Assembly: GCA_963674965.2 (NCBI GenBank)
Contig: CAXXFL010000001.1
Span: forward strand, 928,001-992,000
Source: a bacterium
Lineage (GTDB): Bacteria; RBG-13-61-14; DATKZS01
DNA length: 64,000 nucleotides
Direction of reading: 5' to 3'
Both the position numbers and the translations under genes were made by a program. Shown here one piece after another: positions 62,518 through 64,000 of the stretch (position 1 is its first letter; the number at the start of each line of letters is the position of its first letter). The notes beneath the pieces are model-generated. The model ran no database searches. It was not told where the DNA came from and saw only the letters and a list, made by a program, of their open reading frames with translations.

Positions 62518-63915
62518 TCAATAGTTTACTTCCTCGCTGGTGGAAAGCCGGATCACGGCCAGGGCGGAGGCCAAAAGCCGCGCGTTCTTGGGCACGTCGC
62601 GAAGGATTCTAGCGATCCTGGCGGGCGAGAAATAAAAATTCCTGTAAGCTTGTCTTCTCAGTTTTTCCATGGACTCCGCCGGGGCCGACGAGAGGTTGAT
62701 CACCACTCCCGAGGCGTCCCGGAACCTGGTCGAGCGGGCGGCCCGAGCCACCTCCGGGCTAGACTCGGCAATCTCCGTGCCCGGGAAAGGCATGAGGTAG
62801 AAAAAGCTGGAGACGTGGTTTTGCAAGGAGAGAGCGTACTCGACCGTGGTCTCCATTTCCTCGATGGTTTCCTCGGGAAAGCCGAGCATGTAATAGGCGC
62901 CGGTGACGAAGCCCATGCCCGCCGTCTGGTTCACCACCTCGCGGGCTCGATCGAGGTCGAGGTTTTTATGGACCATCTTCTGCACGCGGGGGCTGGCGCT
63001 TTCGATGGCGTAGTCGATACGGTAGACGCCGGCTTTTTTCATGAGGGTTAGCAGCTCGAGGTCCATCTTGTCGGCGCGGAGTCCGTTGGTGAAGGTGAGG
63101 GAGGCTCCCAACCGCCGGCCGATTATCTCCGACATGACCGCCTTGGCGTGGTCCAGCTTAAGGTTGAAGTTGTCGTCGATAATCTCGAACTCGCGGACGC
63201 CGCGGCGGTCTCGAAGCTCGAGCATGGAGGCCACGGTCTTCTCGATGGAAAAGACGCGGTACTTCCTTCCAAAAATGCGGTGGCAATAGGAGCAGCCGAT
63301 GGGGCAGCCGCGGCTGAAAAAAACGGGAAGCCTCCGGTTGGACCTGGCCACGGTGTTCATGGCGTTACGGGTCCACCACCCGAAGTAGCGTTCGGGGGCA
63401 AGGGCGTCCCAGTCCGGCTCGAGGCCGTCCATGTCGTCGATGGGGCCTCGCGTCTCATTGAAGGCGGCCTGGCCGTCGGCGCGGAAGGCAAGGCCCTTGA
63501 TCGAGGAAAGGTCACGCTTTCCCTCCAGGGCGTCAAGCAGCTCGACGGCGGTCCTTTCACCCTCCCCCATGACCAGGTAGTCGGCGTCGCATTTATCGAG
63601 AAGGGAAGGCCCGTATCCCGTGGCGTGGGGCCCGCCCAGGGCGATGGGTACCTGGGGAAGCTTCTTTTTAAGGAGCCCGATCAGCTCGAGGGCCTCGGGC
63701 GCCTCGAAGGTCATCGAGGTCACGCCGATAAAGTCCGGTCCATAGTCGTCGGCGGCGCGGACGACTTTCTCGCTCGAGGCCCGGAGCAGCCTCGCGTCCA
63801 GTATCCGAGTCGCGTCTCCCCTTTCGGTCTTCAAGGTATGCGACAGATATCCGAGTCCCATGGGCACGGGGACAACGGCCAGGGAGGAGTTCGGTCTAAT
63901 AAGCAATACCTTCAT
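62518..63915 (-). CDS. Cobalamin-binding radical SAM protein
   Basis: PMGLGYL, GGPHAT, GEGE, SRGCPIGCSYC, DDNF, IESAS, LGFPEET, PFPGT. Confidence 0.92.
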   Translation of the reverse strand: MKVLLIRPNSSLAVVPVPMGLGYLSHTLKTERGDATRILDARLLRASSEKVVRAADDYGPDFIGVTSMTFEAPEALELIGLLKKKLPQVPIALGGPHATGYGPSLLDKCDADYLVMGEGERTAVELLDALEGKRDLSSIKGLAFRADGQAAFNETRGPIDDMDGLEPDWDALAPERYFGWWTRNAMNTVARSNRRLPVFFSRGCPIGCSYCHRIFGRKYRVFSIEKTVASMLELRDRRGVREFEIIDDNFNLKLDHAKAVMSEIIGRRLGASLTFTNGLRADKMDLELLTLMKKAGVYRIDYAIESASPRVQKMVHKNLDLDRAREVVNQTAGMGFVTGAYYMLGFPEETIEEMETTVEYALSLQNHVSSFFYLMPFPGTEIAESSPEVARAARSTRFRDASGVVINLSSAPAESMEKLRRQAYRNFYFSPARIARILRDVPKNARLLASALAVIRLSTSEEVNY

Positions 63916-63965
63916 GATTGACGGGCGCCTCCGGGCGCCTTGTTAAAGCCTAACATAAAAGGCCC

Positions 63966-64000
63966 CTACTTTTTAAGCTCCGCCTTCATCTCGTGCAAAA
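63966..64000 (-). CDS. 3' end of an unidentified gene running off the window
   Basis: Minus strand reads ...LHEMKAELKK* with host-like codons. Confidence 0.4.
   Translation of the reverse strand, partial: LHEMKAELKK

Noticed and set aside
62518..63915. B12 radical SAM as maturase of the Cys-rich peptide (RiPP)
   Set aside because: It lies 50 kb away, has no SPASM/RRE features, and the peptide has a lipoprotein signal rather than a leader.

Overview
GC-rich (~60%) bacterial chromosome segment. It is probably from a diderm, deltaproteobacteria-like lineage, inferred from gene content only. It holds about 50 CDSs, 2 tRNA-Ser genes and an SRP RNA. The right half is mostly conserved housekeeping synteny: tadA-tRNA-Ser x2-ffs-dnaX-ybaB-recR, rplU-rpmA-obgE-proB-proA-nadD-rsfS, tex, recQ and gltX. 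The left half is accessory. It contains transporters (SSS symporter, Lol/MacB-like ABC operon, RND efflux), secreted hydrolases (ceramidase, GH3, alkyl sulfatase, MBL, serine hydrolase), three TetR regulators and a decayed IS5/IS1182-like transposase. I saw no CRISPR array, prophage or rRNA. Most notable signals: (1) two 188-bp MITE-like copies that enclose an inverted REP-like doublet inside IS-type TIRs and bracket the RND locus; (2) a putative sigma54 transcription unit with a duplicated promoter, a structured leader, a tiny poly-Asp/Cys-rich lipoprotein and a structured trailer; (3) an unannotated ~122-nt multi-stem RNA upstream of the ceramidase; (4) a DUF1638-TadA fusion; (5) a RecQ with tandem RQC domains and a HEAT-like tail; (6) strong over-use of the palindrome CTCGAG. 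All family calls come from motif recognition by eye, not from database searches.
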